DNA of 64,000 bases from Flavobacteriales bacterium (lineage in GTDB: Bacteria > Bacteroidota > Bacteroidia > Palsa-965), in contig JBEIPA010000015.1 of assembly GCA_040377305.1 (NCBI GenBank), positions 32,001 to 96,000 on the forward strand. Reading direction: 5' to 3'. The notes beneath the pieces were generated by a model. The model was given only the letters and a program-made list of their open reading frames with translations, was not told the DNA's origin and made no database searches. Shown piece after piece: positions 37,375 through 47,907 of this stretch (position 1 is its first letter; each line of letters begins with the position of its first letter). The position numbers were made by a program, and so were the translations under genes.

Positions 37375-38544
37375 ATGCCCGGTCAGCGTACAACCGTATT
37401 CCATCACAATTACTCCGAAAATGCCTGGCTAGGTGGTACACACTACTTTAATAATCTACGATCTGTTACTTCACGATTCAACCCGGAACTGGAATTGTGC
37501 GGACTCAATCTGAATGCTTTGCCCACACGTTACGAGGGATTTATCACTCGTGTGAAGCTGAGTTGGCATAATCGCGTTACAAAAAAAATACCTCCACACC
37601 TTGTTGCGCAGGGACGCAGAAATACACTCGCAGGAAAAGCAGGATCGAACCGGTTTTGTGTTTACTCCACGGATTTCGCACAGATAAAGAATCTGGGTGA
37701 CGTGAACGGCATATTCTGGATTCCGGACTTTCAGATGTTTCATCTTCCTGAATTTTTCTCAGCCGAGGATATGGAGTACCGGAAGAAAAATTATGCTGAA
37801 GGTGGAAAACTCGCGAGCCTCGTCGTGGTGAGCAGTGAAACCGCAAAGAAAGATTTAGAACGTTTTTTTCCGGAGCTCTTACCCAAAGCAAGAGTACTGC
37901 GTTTTGTGACGGAAGTTGATCCGTTGATGACCTCGACTGATCCGCGTTACGTGTGTGAGAAATACAATCTACCGGAGAAATTTTTCTACGTTCCTAATCA
38001 ATATTGGAAACACAAGAACCACATGCTGGTGATTGATGCTTTAGCTAAAGCGATAGAACGCTTTCCGGAGATGCACATTGTTTTTTCCGGTGGCCAGAAT
38101 GATGCACGGAATCCGGATTGGACAGAGCAGCTCAGAGCAGCCATTACGAAATACGGCATCACAAAACATGTAACTGAAACGGGAATTATTCCTAAGCCGG
38201 ATGTTTATGCACTGATGCGCCAGTGTTGTTCGATGATTAACGTTTCCCGGTTTGAAGGCTGGAGTACCACTGTTGAAGAATCAAAGGCGGTTGGTAAACG
38301 AATGATACTTTCTGATCTTGATGTTCACAAAGAACAAAATCCTCCCGGCGGAATTTATGTCGGAACAGATGATGTTGCTCAACTCGCTAACGCCATGTGT
38401 GAAGTCTGGACAGTTGCAAAGGCGGGTCCCGATGTTCTTGCAGAGCAACACGCAGCGGATCAATTGACCGAAAAATTGAAAGACTTTTCTAGAACATTCA
38501 GTACTATCATCGAAGAATCATTTAATTACAACCAATACAAGTAG
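37375..38544 (+). CDS. Glycosyltransferase family 4
   Basis: WIPDFQ..H.PEFF, PNQYWKHKNH, SRFEGWSTTVEE. Confidence 0.9.
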   Translation: MPGQRTTVFHHNYSENAWLGGTHYFNNLRSVTSRFNPELELCGLNLNALPTRYEGFITRVKLSWHNRVTKKIPPHLVAQGRRNTLAGKAGSNRFCVYSTDFAQIKNLGDVNGIFWIPDFQMFHLPEFFSAEDMEYRKKNYAEGGKLASLVVVSSETAKKDLERFFPELLPKARVLRFVTEVDPLMTSTDPRYVCEKYNLPEKFFYVPNQYWKHKNHMLVIDALAKAIERFPEMHIVFSGGQNDARNPDWTEQLRAAITKYGITKHVTETGIIPKPDVYALMRQCCSMINVSRFEGWSTTVEESKAVGKRMILSDLDVHKEQNPPGGIYVGTDDVAQLANAMCEVWTVAKAGPDVLAEQHAADQLTEKLKDFSRTFSTIIEESFNYNQYK

Positions 38545-38546
38545 CA

Positions 38547-39416
38547 GTGCATTATCCCAAAATCTCTATCGTCACACCATCCTTCAATCAGGGAGCATTC
38601 CTTGAAGAAACGATTCGCGCTGTTCTGGGGCAGGGATATCCAAACCTGGAATACATAATAATCGATGGTGGCAGTACAGACAACTCCGTCGAGATTATCA
38701 AAAAGTATGAAAAGCAGTTGTCGTATTGGGTAAGTGAAAGGGATAGTGGGATGTACGATGCTATTCAGAAGGGAATGTCTCGGGCTACTGGCGATGTCAT
38801 GGGTTGGATTAACTCCGACGATGGATATCATCCAAAGGCTTTGTTTGTAGTGGGCGAAGTTTTTCATAATCTTCCGGTGGTGAGTTGGATTCAAGGCAAT
38901 CCTTCTTCTATGGATGAGCAAGGCAGGATGGTTTCCAGTTTTTCTTCAAGACGATGGTCGCGCTTTCATTTTTATATGCGCGATTACAAATTCGTGCAGC
39001 AGGAGTCGACTTTCTGGAGAAGATCTTTGTGGGAAATGGCGGGTAGTTCTTTGCGAACAGATTTAAAACTCGCTGGAGATTTTGAGCTTTGGCTGCGATT
39101 CATGAAATATGCAAAGCTCCATGTGTTGCGAGCACCATTGGGCATTTTCCGCCTGAGAAGCGGTAACCAATTGAGCCTCGATCGGTTGGAAGATTATAAC
39201 AAGGAATGCCTTGCTGAAATTGAGAAGTCGGTAGCAGCCCTTTCTTCAAACGATGTTGAGAAGCTTTCATACCTGAAAAAATATTGGTCTGTTTATTCGA
39301 AGATTCCGTTCATGAAGTCTGGCGCCAAACAGAAGTTTGATGCAATTCTTGATTTGCCTTCTGATATTATTTTCGATCGTAAGCTTCAGAAATTTTATCT
39401 GCAAAACGCGAAGTAA
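38547..39416 (+). CDS. Glycosyltransferase family 2
   Basis: ISIVTPSFNQG, IDGGSTD, WINSDD; GTG start. Confidence 0.92.
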   Translation: MHYPKISIVTPSFNQGAFLEETIRAVLGQGYPNLEYIIIDGGSTDNSVEIIKKYEKQLSYWVSERDSGMYDAIQKGMSRATGDVMGWINSDDGYHPKALFVVGEVFHNLPVVSWIQGNPSSMDEQGRMVSSFSSRRWSRFHFYMRDYKFVQQESTFWRRSLWEMAGSSLRTDLKLAGDFELWLRFMKYAKLHVLRAPLGIFRLRSGNQLSLDRLEDYNKECLAEIEKSVAALSSNDVEKLSYLKKYWSVYSKIPFMKSGAKQKFDAILDLPSDIIFDRKLQKFYLQNAK

Positions 39417-40201
39417 TGCTGCAAGGAATCCGCAGGTATTTTCATGAACGCAAATACGGGGAGAATTACTACCTCGTGTATTCCATGGGTAAAGTCGGAT
39501 CGTCAACTGTATACACTGAGCTGATCAGGCAATTTCCGGTTGATGCCATTCAACTCCATTTTCTATCTGATCATTGGCTAAAAGAAGTGTTGCCGACGAT
39601 GCACGACGCATTTGGGTATCATGCGGGACTTGCCGACGAATATGCAGCTCACCGGAAACAAAAACCGAATCAGCGGCTTAAGATTATCACCATGGTTCGT
39701 GAACCGGTAATTCGCGACATCTCCGATGTGTTTGAAAACTGGAAAACATTTTTCAGCCTGGAGAAAGCACATGAATTGACCAGCGAAATGGTGCTTACCC
39801 GATTACGCATGCACAAATTCGAGTATACACTCAACTGGTTCGACAACGAGTTCAGAAACTGGACGGGCATTGACATTTACAATAAGCCATTTGACAAAGA
39901 GCAGGGATATTCTGTATGGCACTTCGATGCTTTTGATGTACTTTGTATCAAGCTCGAGAAAATGGATTCCGTATTAACAAAGGGAATGCTGGAATTAGGT
40001 GGACCTCCGTTGAAGCAAGGTTCTAATGCGAATGTTGCCACCTCGAAAGCGATAAAGGATGTGTACAAGGATGTTTCAAACAAATTCCGTTTGAGCCCAG
40101 AACAGGAGAATATTCTGCTGAACTCAAAGTATCTGAATCATTTTTACACTGCAGATGAAATTATGGCTCTGAAAACACGCTGGAGCTCAAACAACGTATA
40201 A
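39416..40201 (+). CDS. Putative capsular polysaccharide synthesis protein, sulfotransferase-like (NKWYS-type)
   Basis: YSMGKVGSST, ITMVREPV.R.IS, WFD.E, HFYT. Confidence 0.7.
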   Translation: MLQGIRRYFHERKYGENYYLVYSMGKVGSSTVYTELIRQFPVDAIQLHFLSDHWLKEVLPTMHDAFGYHAGLADEYAAHRKQKPNQRLKIITMVREPVIRDISDVFENWKTFFSLEKAHELTSEMVLTRLRMHKFEYTLNWFDNEFRNWTGIDIYNKPFDKEQGYSVWHFDAFDVLCIKLEKMDSVLTKGMLELGGPPLKQGSNANVATSKAIKDVYKDVSNKFRLSPEQENILLNSKYLNHFYTADEIMALKTRWSSNNV

Positions 40202-40854
40202 TGGCCGGATTCCTGAGAAGCTTACTCCCTCAATTTCTCGCCAAACGCATGGACAAGAACAACGCGCCTGTGAAAAAAGATTATCGGAACTCACCTCAAT
40301 TAAATGTTGGAACTGCAATTCTGCAACCGCAATTTTCAATTCGTGTCGACCAGCCTATTAACGGAAAGAAGTACGTTCAAATCGGCGATGATGCAATTGT
40401 AAATTGTACCCTTGTTTTTGAATCTCCTGAAGGTGAAGTGCGAATCGGCAAACGAACGTTTATAGGTAACAGCACGATCATTTGCAGAAATGCAGTTACC
40501 ATCGGGGAAGAAATATTCATCTCCTGGGGCTGCACAATCTCCGACCACGACGGTCACTCCACCGATTACAAAGAGCGGTCAAATGATATCACACAGTTGT
40601 TGGAAGATCTGCGTCGACCGGGGAAGCTTGTGGAGCACAAGAATTGGACGGCGGTTAAGTCGGCACCGATTGTGATCAAGGATCATGCGTGGATTGGAAT
40701 GCATTGCATCATCACAAAAGGTGTGACCATTGGCGAAGGGGCAATCATTGCAGCTGGCAGTGTTGTCGTGCATGATATACCGGCATGGACAGTCGCAGGA
40801 GGAAATCCAGCGAAAGTGATTCGTGAAATACCACCTGAACAGCGCAAAGCGTAA
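40201..40854 (+). CDS. Hexapeptide-repeat (LbH) O-acyltransferase
   Basis: DHDGH, AWIG...KGVTIGEGAIIAAGSVV...GGNPAK; paralogue of 34970-35587. Confidence 0.9.
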   Translation: MAGFLRSLLPQFLAKRMDKNNAPVKKDYRNSPQLNVGTAILQPQFSIRVDQPINGKKYVQIGDDAIVNCTLVFESPEGEVRIGKRTFIGNSTIICRNAVTIGEEIFISWGCTISDHDGHSTDYKERSNDITQLLEDLRRPGKLVEHKNWTAVKSAPIVIKDHAWIGMHCIITKGVTIGEGAIIAAGSVVVHDIPAWTVAGGNPAKVIREIPPEQRKA

Positions 40855-41873
40855 TGGAATATCCGAAGATCACAATCATCACACCTTCATTCAATCAGGG
40901 GCATTACCTGGAGGAGACGATCTTGTCGGTGCTCAATCAGAATTATCCCAACCTGGAATATTTTGTAGTGGACGGAGGTAGTACTGATAATTCTGTTGAG
41001 ATCATTCAACGTTACGCCGACCGCATTACGTGGTGGGTGAGCGAAAGGGATAAAGGCCAGACCGAGGCGATTAACAAAGGAATGTTACGCGCTACCGGCG
41101 ACATCGTGAACTGGATTAACAGCGACGATTTACTCGCACCAGGATCACTGCATCACGTTGCAGAAATGTTTGTGGGTTCAGATGCCTTATGTCTGTGCGG
41201 ACCAATCACCATGTTTGAGAATGAGAAGCGTTGGAAGTTTGACGCCGCATTCAAAAAAGGCGATTCGTTTGAAATCGTTTTCGGAATTGACATCTATAAT
41301 CAGCCCGGCACTTTTTTTCACCGCAAGGCGATTGATAAGATCGGTTTGCCTGATATGCGCCTGCATTACGTGATGGACAAAGAGTGGTTCATGCGTTTTC
41401 TCATGCATTGCGGAACTGATCGTATTGCTACCACAGAACAATTGCTTGCGGATTATAGAATTCACTCGACTACCAAGACAGCAGGGCAAACGGATAAGTT
41501 CATTGCGGAATATGCAATGCTTACTCACCGCTGGGTCTCAGCTTGTGGAGAAGCGAATTTGGCCGGATTGATTGCAAACAAGTTTGATGTGAGTAAGCAT
41601 CCGTATGCGGCTCCGGAAATTCAAAACACAGCGCACTTAAAGAAGGCTGTTGTTCAGATGGCTGCACTCTTGATGCTTCGCAGGTTTCACCGGATTTATA
41701 ATGAATCCGATTACCACTTCGCAGAAAAGCTCAACAAGGCAATTGATTGGAGTCAGGTGGAACTGGATCAGCAGCTTCAGAAGAATCTGGCAGCTATGCA
41801 ACGCAATCTTTCGTGGGGGAGCTGGACACTCTTCCGTCTGAAACGTAAGCTCGGACTAGCCGGTAAATACTGA
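40854..41873 (+). CDS. Glycosyltransferase family 2
   Basis: ITIITPSFNQG, VDGGSTD, WINSDD; paralogue of 38547-39416. Confidence 0.92.
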   Translation: MEYPKITIITPSFNQGHYLEETILSVLNQNYPNLEYFVVDGGSTDNSVEIIQRYADRITWWVSERDKGQTEAINKGMLRATGDIVNWINSDDLLAPGSLHHVAEMFVGSDALCLCGPITMFENEKRWKFDAAFKKGDSFEIVFGIDIYNQPGTFFHRKAIDKIGLPDMRLHYVMDKEWFMRFLMHCGTDRIATTEQLLADYRIHSTTKTAGQTDKFIAEYAMLTHRWVSACGEANLAGLIANKFDVSKHPYAAPEIQNTAHLKKAVVQMAALLMLRRFHRIYNESDYHFAEKLNKAIDWSQVELDQQLQKNLAAMQRNLSWGSWTLFRLKRKLGLAGKY

Positions 41874-41918
41874 TTAACCTCGTATCTTAGCAGGAGGAGA
41901 AACATCTGAATCCCAGTT

Positions 41919-43061
41919 GTGCATTTAACCGGCAAGAAATTACTTTTCGTCTTTCATAATTCCGGGCTAACCGGCGCATCAATCGTGCTTCTTCGGTACG
42001 TTGAGTTTCTGAAAAAGCATTATCCCGATGTTCAGCTTAAGTTTTTACTTCCGGGAAGAGGAAAGATTGAAGAACGACTTTCAAAAGCCGGAAGCGTGGA
42101 GTATTATTCAGCTCCGGTTGAATTGTCGTTTAGCGATAGAGTCAAACGTAAGCTGGGAATAAAAAGTGCAACGCACGATAGAGTGATGCAAGCCGTGAAG
42201 CTTGCTCAGCAATTCAGCCCCGACCTGGTGTACTGCAATACAGTTGCCTGTTCCGATTTTATTCCGGCTTTGAAAGATTGTGTAAATGCACCACTCATCT
42301 GGCACTTTCATGAGCTGGAAACCGGAATTGCGTTAACCGGAATTGATCCGCACAACAGTCTGCATGTTGCCGATATTATACTCACAAACTCGGGAACAAC
42401 TTCTGAATTTCTGAACAGTGAATATGGCGTTGAGCCTGCACGAACGCGTATGGTTTATCCGTCTGTGCCATCACATAACCGAAGTCGATCTGCATCGGGT
42501 AACCAGTTTGTAATTGGTTCTGCCGGAACAGCGCTACCTACGAAGGGCGCATTTGATTTTATTGAACTTGCATCAGAAATGCAGAAACTAGATCCATCGG
42601 CAAACTACCGTTTTGTGTGGATCGGAAATTTCCGCAAGCACAAAGAGGATATTGAAACTGAAATTTCGAAGTACAACGTGGGTACCATTCTGCAGTTCAC
42701 CGGCGAATCTGATTCGCCAATGGACGAGTACAGCAGGATGAATCTGTTTGTTTCGTTATCCGGTGAGGAATCATTCGGTCTGGCTCTCGTTGAAGCGGGT
42801 TCTATCGGAATACCAGTTGCAGGTTATGCCGATTCCGGTGAAATCTCAGAAATCGTTCGCCAGTGCAAGGGAATTATTGTAGCTAGACGGCACGTGAAGG
42901 ACATGGCCGTTGAACTCAACAGGTTGATCTCACTTCCGCACGAATTGGAAGTGATGGGTCAAGCTTCACAAAAACACTGTCGCACTTACTTCGATGAGTT
43001 GATTGTTCCGCAATGGGTTCACGTTCTGGAAGAAGCTGTTCGAAAGGAGTCTGTACACTAA
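41919..43061 (+). CDS. Glycosyltransferase family 4
   Basis: TGASIVL, WHFHE, KG, EESFGLALVEA; GTG start. Confidence 0.88.
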   Translation: MHLTGKKLLFVFHNSGLTGASIVLLRYVEFLKKHYPDVQLKFLLPGRGKIEERLSKAGSVEYYSAPVELSFSDRVKRKLGIKSATHDRVMQAVKLAQQFSPDLVYCNTVACSDFIPALKDCVNAPLIWHFHELETGIALTGIDPHNSLHVADIILTNSGTTSEFLNSEYGVEPARTRMVYPSVPSHNRSRSASGNQFVIGSAGTALPTKGAFDFIELASEMQKLDPSANYRFVWIGNFRKHKEDIETEISKYNVGTILQFTGESDSPMDEYSRMNLFVSLSGEESFGLALVEAGSIGIPVAGYADSGEISEIVRQCKGIIVARRHVKDMAVELNRLISLPHELEVMGQASQKHCRTYFDELIVPQWVHVLEEAVRKESVH

Positions 43062-43062
43062 T

Positions 43063-43974
43063 ATGGCGATGGTCTCTGTCATAGTGCCGAATTACAACCA
43101 CGCGAAGTTTCTTCGCCAGAGATTGGATTCTGTGTATCGCCAAACGTTCACGGATTTCGAAGTCATCTTGCTGGATGATTGTTCCACCGATGAGAGTCGC
43201 ACCATTCTGGAAGAGTATCGCAACAACGCAAAAACTGCACACGTTGTTCTGAACGAACAGAACACCCGCAGTCCGTTTGCGCAATGGAAAAAAGGAATTT
43301 CGCTTGCCCGCGGAAAGTATATATGGATTGCGGAGAGCGACGATTTCTGCGATCTCAACTATTTGGAAGTTGTGGTTGCGGAACTGGAAAAAGGAAATGA
43401 TCTCGTTTACAGTCGGACCGTGCGGGTCGATGAAGCCGGAGTTCCATTAACCGCAAATCAATATCGCTGGTACGAAGATATTTCTGCAACCCGTTGGCTC
43501 GGCAATTTCGAAAACGATGGGAAAACTGAAGCGCGCGATGTCCTGTTCAGGAAATGTGTGATCAACAATGCGAGCGCTGTTGTCTTCCGGAACGAAAAGA
43601 GAATCCAGGAGTATCTGAACGTGGTTCACGGAATGTTTTACTCGGGCGACTGGTTATTCTGGATTCAGTATGTATTAGAATCAAAGCGAATTGCTTATAC
43701 AACAGCGACCAGTAATTATTTTCGCACGCATCCCGGCGTAACGCGTTTGCAGACACCCGTGAAACGGAATCCGGAAATGATGAAGATTTTTAATTTCGTT
43801 GCTACTCATGAGTTGAGTGAAGGAAAGCGCAAGGAACTGGCAGAATATTATTTCAAAACACATTTCTTTAAAGGACAGAAACGGGAAGTGGTGAGAAATG
43901 GAGTACTTGCATCACGTATGATTTTTAGTTCGCGGTACTTTTTTGGACCCTGGTGGAGGTACTATTTCGGATGA
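43063..43974 (+). CDS. Glycosyltransferase family 2
   Basis: VSVIVPNYNH, LDDCSTD, WIAESDD, GDW. Confidence 0.92.
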   Translation: MAMVSVIVPNYNHAKFLRQRLDSVYRQTFTDFEVILLDDCSTDESRTILEEYRNNAKTAHVVLNEQNTRSPFAQWKKGISLARGKYIWIAESDDFCDLNYLEVVVAELEKGNDLVYSRTVRVDEAGVPLTANQYRWYEDISATRWLGNFENDGKTEARDVLFRKCVINNASAVVFRNEKRIQEYLNVVHGMFYSGDWLFWIQYVLESKRIAYTTATSNYFRTHPGVTRLQTPVKRNPEMMKIFNFVATHELSEGKRKELAEYYFKTHFFKGQKREVVRNGVLASRMIFSSRYFFGPWWRYYFG

Positions 43975-45161
43975 GCAGCAAAGGCAAACATATACTGATT
44001 ACAACCGCGTGGTATCCAACTGCAGCCAGTACGAGCGGCGTGTTCGTGAAAGAGCAGGGTGAAGCACTCGTGCGCGCAGGAAACAAAGTGGTGATGTTGC
44101 TTGTAACGTACAGCACCATTGGCGGCTGGCTGAAAGGAAACAAGACGAAGTTTGATCCGAGCGGAACGATGAATGTTCAGCATCTGCATGTTATTTTCAG
44201 AATGCCCGGAAGATTTTATGCGAATCCACAGGCCAGCTTTAAGAAATCCATTCTCAGTCGTGCCACAAGCTGGATGAAGAATTACATCAAAGCAAATGGC
44301 AAACCGGATGTAATTCATCACCATTGCATTTCAGACAATGCGTATGTGGCGTTGCATTTATCGGAAACATTCGGCATACCGTATGTGTTTACAGAACATT
44401 CAAATTATTTCAGATACGAAGAGGTGAATAGGTTCAATACGTTTGAATCATTCGAAGATCATCAGCGTTTCGTGCGTGCTGCGACCACGCGTATTGCCGT
44501 AAGTGAAGTGCGCGCAAAAGGCTACGAAAATATTTTCGGAGCACCGTTCATCACGGTTTCCAACATGGTGTCGCAACTTTTCGCATCGCCATTGCCCACA
44601 GCGCCCAAGCCTGAAATATTCACGTTTGTTTGTGTTGCGCTTTTGGATAAACGGAAGCGTCAGGATTTGCTCATACGTGCATTTGCTTCCGTGTTTGGCG
44701 GCAAAGATGTAAAGTTGCAGTTGGTGGGAGCCGGAAATAGCCGGAACGACTACATCAAGCTGATTGAAGAGCTTGGAATGAACCATCAAATTTCGTTGTT
44801 GGGTAAAAAAAACCGCACGGAGGTTCTGGAAATTTTCGACCGGGCACACGTATGTGTATTATCGTCCGATCAGGAAACGTTCGGAGTTGTATTAGCGGAA
44901 GCCATGTTTCGCGGTTTGCCGGTGATTTCTACAATTTGCGGTGGTCCTGAAGAAATCGTAACACCCGAATGCGGTTTGCTTGTAGAAAAGGGAAATCAGG
45001 AATTATACGCTGCTGCCCTCGTAAAAATGCACGCAACATATACACGCTATACACCCGAAAGCATCCGGGCATACGCCATGTCGCGCTTTTCAGAGCAAAT
45101 TGTCATTTCCAGCCTCGAATCGATATACAATTCCTGTGTGCATTCCGCCAAGGGAGCCTAA
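43971..45161 (+). CDS. Glycosyltransferase family 4
   Basis: WYP...GVFVKEQ, TEHS, ETFGVVLAEA, GGPEEIV. Confidence 0.92.
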   Translation: MSSKGKHILITTAWYPTAASTSGVFVKEQGEALVRAGNKVVMLLVTYSTIGGWLKGNKTKFDPSGTMNVQHLHVIFRMPGRFYANPQASFKKSILSRATSWMKNYIKANGKPDVIHHHCISDNAYVALHLSETFGIPYVFTEHSNYFRYEEVNRFNTFESFEDHQRFVRAATTRIAVSEVRAKGYENIFGAPFITVSNMVSQLFASPLPTAPKPEIFTFVCVALLDKRKRQDLLIRAFASVFGGKDVKLQLVGAGNSRNDYIKLIEELGMNHQISLLGKKNRTEVLEIFDRAHVCVLSSDQETFGVVLAEAMFRGLPVISTICGGPEEIVTPECGLLVEKGNQELYAAALVKMHATYTRYTPESIRAYAMSRFSEQIVISSLESIYNSCVHSAKGA

Positions 45162-45173
45162 CTTTACAATCGT

Positions 45174-46082
45174 ATGAAGAAACTGATACGTAAGCTCATT
45201 TTTACTTTACCTCCGGTGAAAAATCTGGAGAAGGAGCTTGCAAAGTATAAAACCTATCACGCGCCTGGTCATTACTACAGTCCGGTGCCTGACAAGGAAT
45301 TCGTACGCGCTAATGCTGAACGGATTTTCGATCGCTCCGATAAGCAACTGCATGGTATAAACATGCGTGCAAGTGAACAGTTCGATTTACTGAAACAGTT
45401 CCTTCCGTTTTATGCGGAGCATCCATTCACACCGAAGAAGACCGAAGCCAATCGCTATTATCTGGAGAATGGCTTGTTTTCGTATTGCGACGGCATCTTT
45501 CTGCATTCCATGATTCGTCATCTGAAGCCGAAACGAATTATTGAAGCGGGCTCTGGATTTTCTTCTGCAGTCATTCTTGACACAAACGAAAAGTATTTCG
45601 GCAACAAGATTGATGTGGTGCTGATTGAGCCATACACCGCAAGTCTCGATAAACTCACCGAAGGTCACAGCAAGCACTTTCGGATGGAGAAGAAATTTAT
45701 TCAGGATGTAGACCTGAATATTTTCCGCACACTGGAGAAAGGTGATTTACTGTTCATTGATTCCACACACGTTTCAAAAGCGGGTAGTGATGTTAATCAT
45801 ATCCTTTTTGAAGTGTTGCCCATTCTTAATGAAGGTGTGTATGTTCACTTTCATGATGTGTTCTGGCCGTTCGAATATCCGGAAGGATGGATCGAAAAAG
45901 GTTTTGCGTGGAATGAAGACTACATGCTGAGGTCGTTCCTGATGTATAACGATCACTATGAAATTGTCTTCTTCAACAATTACATTGAACGGTTTCAGAA
46001 GGATTGGATTGGCAGTAACATGCCCGATATCCTGAAGAACGGTGGCGGCAGCTTATATCTCCGAAAAATTAAAGCCGGGTGA
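45174..46082 (+). CDS. Class I SAM methyltransferase (Methyltransf_24-like)
   Basis: GHYYSP, IIEAGSGFSS, LFIDSTH, HFHD, WNE.Y. Confidence 0.85.
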   Translation: MKKLIRKLIFTLPPVKNLEKELAKYKTYHAPGHYYSPVPDKEFVRANAERIFDRSDKQLHGINMRASEQFDLLKQFLPFYAEHPFTPKKTEANRYYLENGLFSYCDGIFLHSMIRHLKPKRIIEAGSGFSSAVILDTNEKYFGNKIDVVLIEPYTASLDKLTEGHSKHFRMEKKFIQDVDLNIFRTLEKGDLLFIDSTHVSKAGSDVNHILFEVLPILNEGVYVHFHDVFWPFEYPEGWIEKGFAWNEDYMLRSFLMYNDHYEIVFFNNYIERFQKDWIGSNMPDILKNGGGSLYLRKIKAG

Positions 46083-46849
46083 GTGTTCCCTTGAATAATT
46101 CAGCAATCATTATTCAGGCACGCATGGGTTCGACCCGCATGCCAGGAAAAGTACTGGAGCCTTTTTACGCAGGTAAATCTATTCTTGATATCATTCTGCA
46201 AACACTCCGCACGAGTGTGCATCAACTACCTGTTGTATTGGCAACATCGGTGAGCAGTCTGGATGATCAACTGGAAGCATGGGCGCGCACGAATAACATC
46301 GGAGTGTTTCGCGGACATGAAACAAACGTCCTCAGCAGATTTACCGGATGTTGCGGGCAATTCGGTTTCGATTATGTAGTCCGCGTTTGTGCCGATAATC
46401 CATTTCTCGATGTTGATCTGCTGGATAAAATGGTCGCTGCAGGCATTGCGCATCAAGCCGATTACTGCAGTTACATGGCAGCAGATGATACACCTGCGAT
46501 GAAGTCGCACCTTGGCATTTTTGCGGAGTGGGTAACAACTGCAGCACTGACAAAGGCGCAAACATTGACCGATGACCCGCTGTTTACTGAGCATGTTACC
46601 AATTTCATTTACGGAAATCCGGACCAATTCCGCCTTCATTGGCTTAAAGCGCCAGAGGTACTGTACAATCGCACGGACCTGCGTTTTACAATCGATACTC
46701 CGGAAGATTTTACCCTCATGCAGGAGCTTTACAGTCTTTTGGCAGAACGAGGCGTTCCGATTAACTTTATCAACCTGTTGACGCTTGTGGAAAGCGACAC
46801 GCGGGCCTTACAGATCATGCAGAACCAAATTCGCAGATTCACAAAATGA
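46079..46849 (+). CDS. Cytidylyltransferase (SpsF-like; probable CMP-nonulosonate/CMP-KDN synthetase)
   Basis: IIQARMGSTRMPGK, RVCADNP, EHVT, RFTIDTPED; directly upstream of the NeuB-like gene. Confidence 0.8.
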   Translation: MSVPLNNSAIIIQARMGSTRMPGKVLEPFYAGKSILDIILQTLRTSVHQLPVVLATSVSSLDDQLEAWARTNNIGVFRGHETNVLSRFTGCCGQFGFDYVVRVCADNPFLDVDLLDKMVAAGIAHQADYCSYMAADDTPAMKSHLGIFAEWVTTAALTKAQTLTDDPLFTEHVTNFIYGNPDQFRLHWLKAPEVLYNRTDLRFTIDTPEDFTLMQELYSLLAERGVPINFINLLTLVESDTRALQIMQNQIRRFTK

Positions 46850-47895
46850 GTGCAGGGAAAAGTATTTACGTGATCGGAGAGATCGGACAGAACCACAATG
46901 GATCTGTTGATATCGCAAAATTGATTGTGGATGCTGCTGCGCGTCCGATCGAAGAAAATCTATTTGGCTTAAAGTTAAAGCCAATGAATGCAGTGAAGCT
47001 CACACGTCGTGATCTGAATGAAGAACTTTCCAAATCACAAATGTCGCGCCCTTATACCAGTGCACATTCATTTGGAAAAACCTACGGCGAACACCGGGAG
47101 TTTCTGGAACTGAATGATGAGGAGCATCTGGAGGTGTACAAGCACGCGAAATTTCACGGACTGGATTTTGTAGAAACACTTTGCGCGCCCGGTTGTTTAT
47201 CATTACTCAAGCTTTTCACACCCGAGTATCTGAAAGTTGCCAGTCGCGATCTTACGAATCTTCCTTTGCTCAGCGCAATGGCAGAGACGAAGATTCCAAT
47301 GATACTTTCCACTGGAATGGCCGGACAATCGCAGCTAAACGACGCGTTGGAAGTAATTACAAAATACCATTCCGGAATTTCTATTCTGCATTGTGTTTCA
47401 CAGTATCCGACACAACCGCAGAATGTAAACCTGCTTACGATTTCATGGCTGCAGAAAAATTACGCGCAGTACATGATCGGATATTCTGATCACACCATCG
47501 GTATTTCCACTCCGGTGGCAGCTGCCGCAATGGGAGCACGCATTATTGAGAAGCACATTACGCTTGATCGCCGAATGAAGGGAACAGATCAGGCAGGTTC
47601 ACTCGGTCCAGATGGAATAAACCGACTGATGCGTGATTTGCGTGTGCTCGAAATGTCGTGGGGAAGAGAAGAGATGTTCATTGAGCCCGGCGTTGAAGAA
47701 GCCCGTGTAAAACTGGAACGCTCGATTGCAACCAAGCGCGACATGAAGAAGGGTGAACGCATCAGCGAGGCCGACATCCACATGCTTTCCCCGGGCGATG
47801 GATACAAGTGGAGTGAACGTGCTGCGGTTGTCGGTAAAACGCTGAGCAACGATATCGCTTGTGATGAAATTATTTATCCATCTTCATTATCATAA
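46846..47895 (+). CDS. NeuB-family nonulosonate-9-phosphate synthase (KDN-9-P synthase-like)
   Basis: IGEIGQNHNGS, KVASRDLTN, ILSTGM, HCVSQYP, GYSDHT, IEKH; C-terminal SAF domain. Confidence 0.9.
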   Translation: MSAGKSIYVIGEIGQNHNGSVDIAKLIVDAAARPIEENLFGLKLKPMNAVKLTRRDLNEELSKSQMSRPYTSAHSFGKTYGEHREFLELNDEEHLEVYKHAKFHGLDFVETLCAPGCLSLLKLFTPEYLKVASRDLTNLPLLSAMAETKIPMILSTGMAGQSQLNDALEVITKYHSGISILHCVSQYPTQPQNVNLLTISWLQKNYAQYMIGYSDHTIGISTPVAAAAMGARIIEKHITLDRRMKGTDQAGSLGPDGINRLMRDLRVLEMSWGREEMFIEPGVEEARVKLERSIATKRDMKKGERISEADIHMLSPGDGYKWSERAAVVGKTLSNDIACDEIIYPSSLS

Positions 47896-47907
47896 CAGAT
47901 CCGAAGG

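Noticed and set aside
44805-44812. A8 tract in a GT4 gene as a phase-variation site
   Set aside because: A-runs of 7-8 are common in this Lys-rich, AT-leaning sequence
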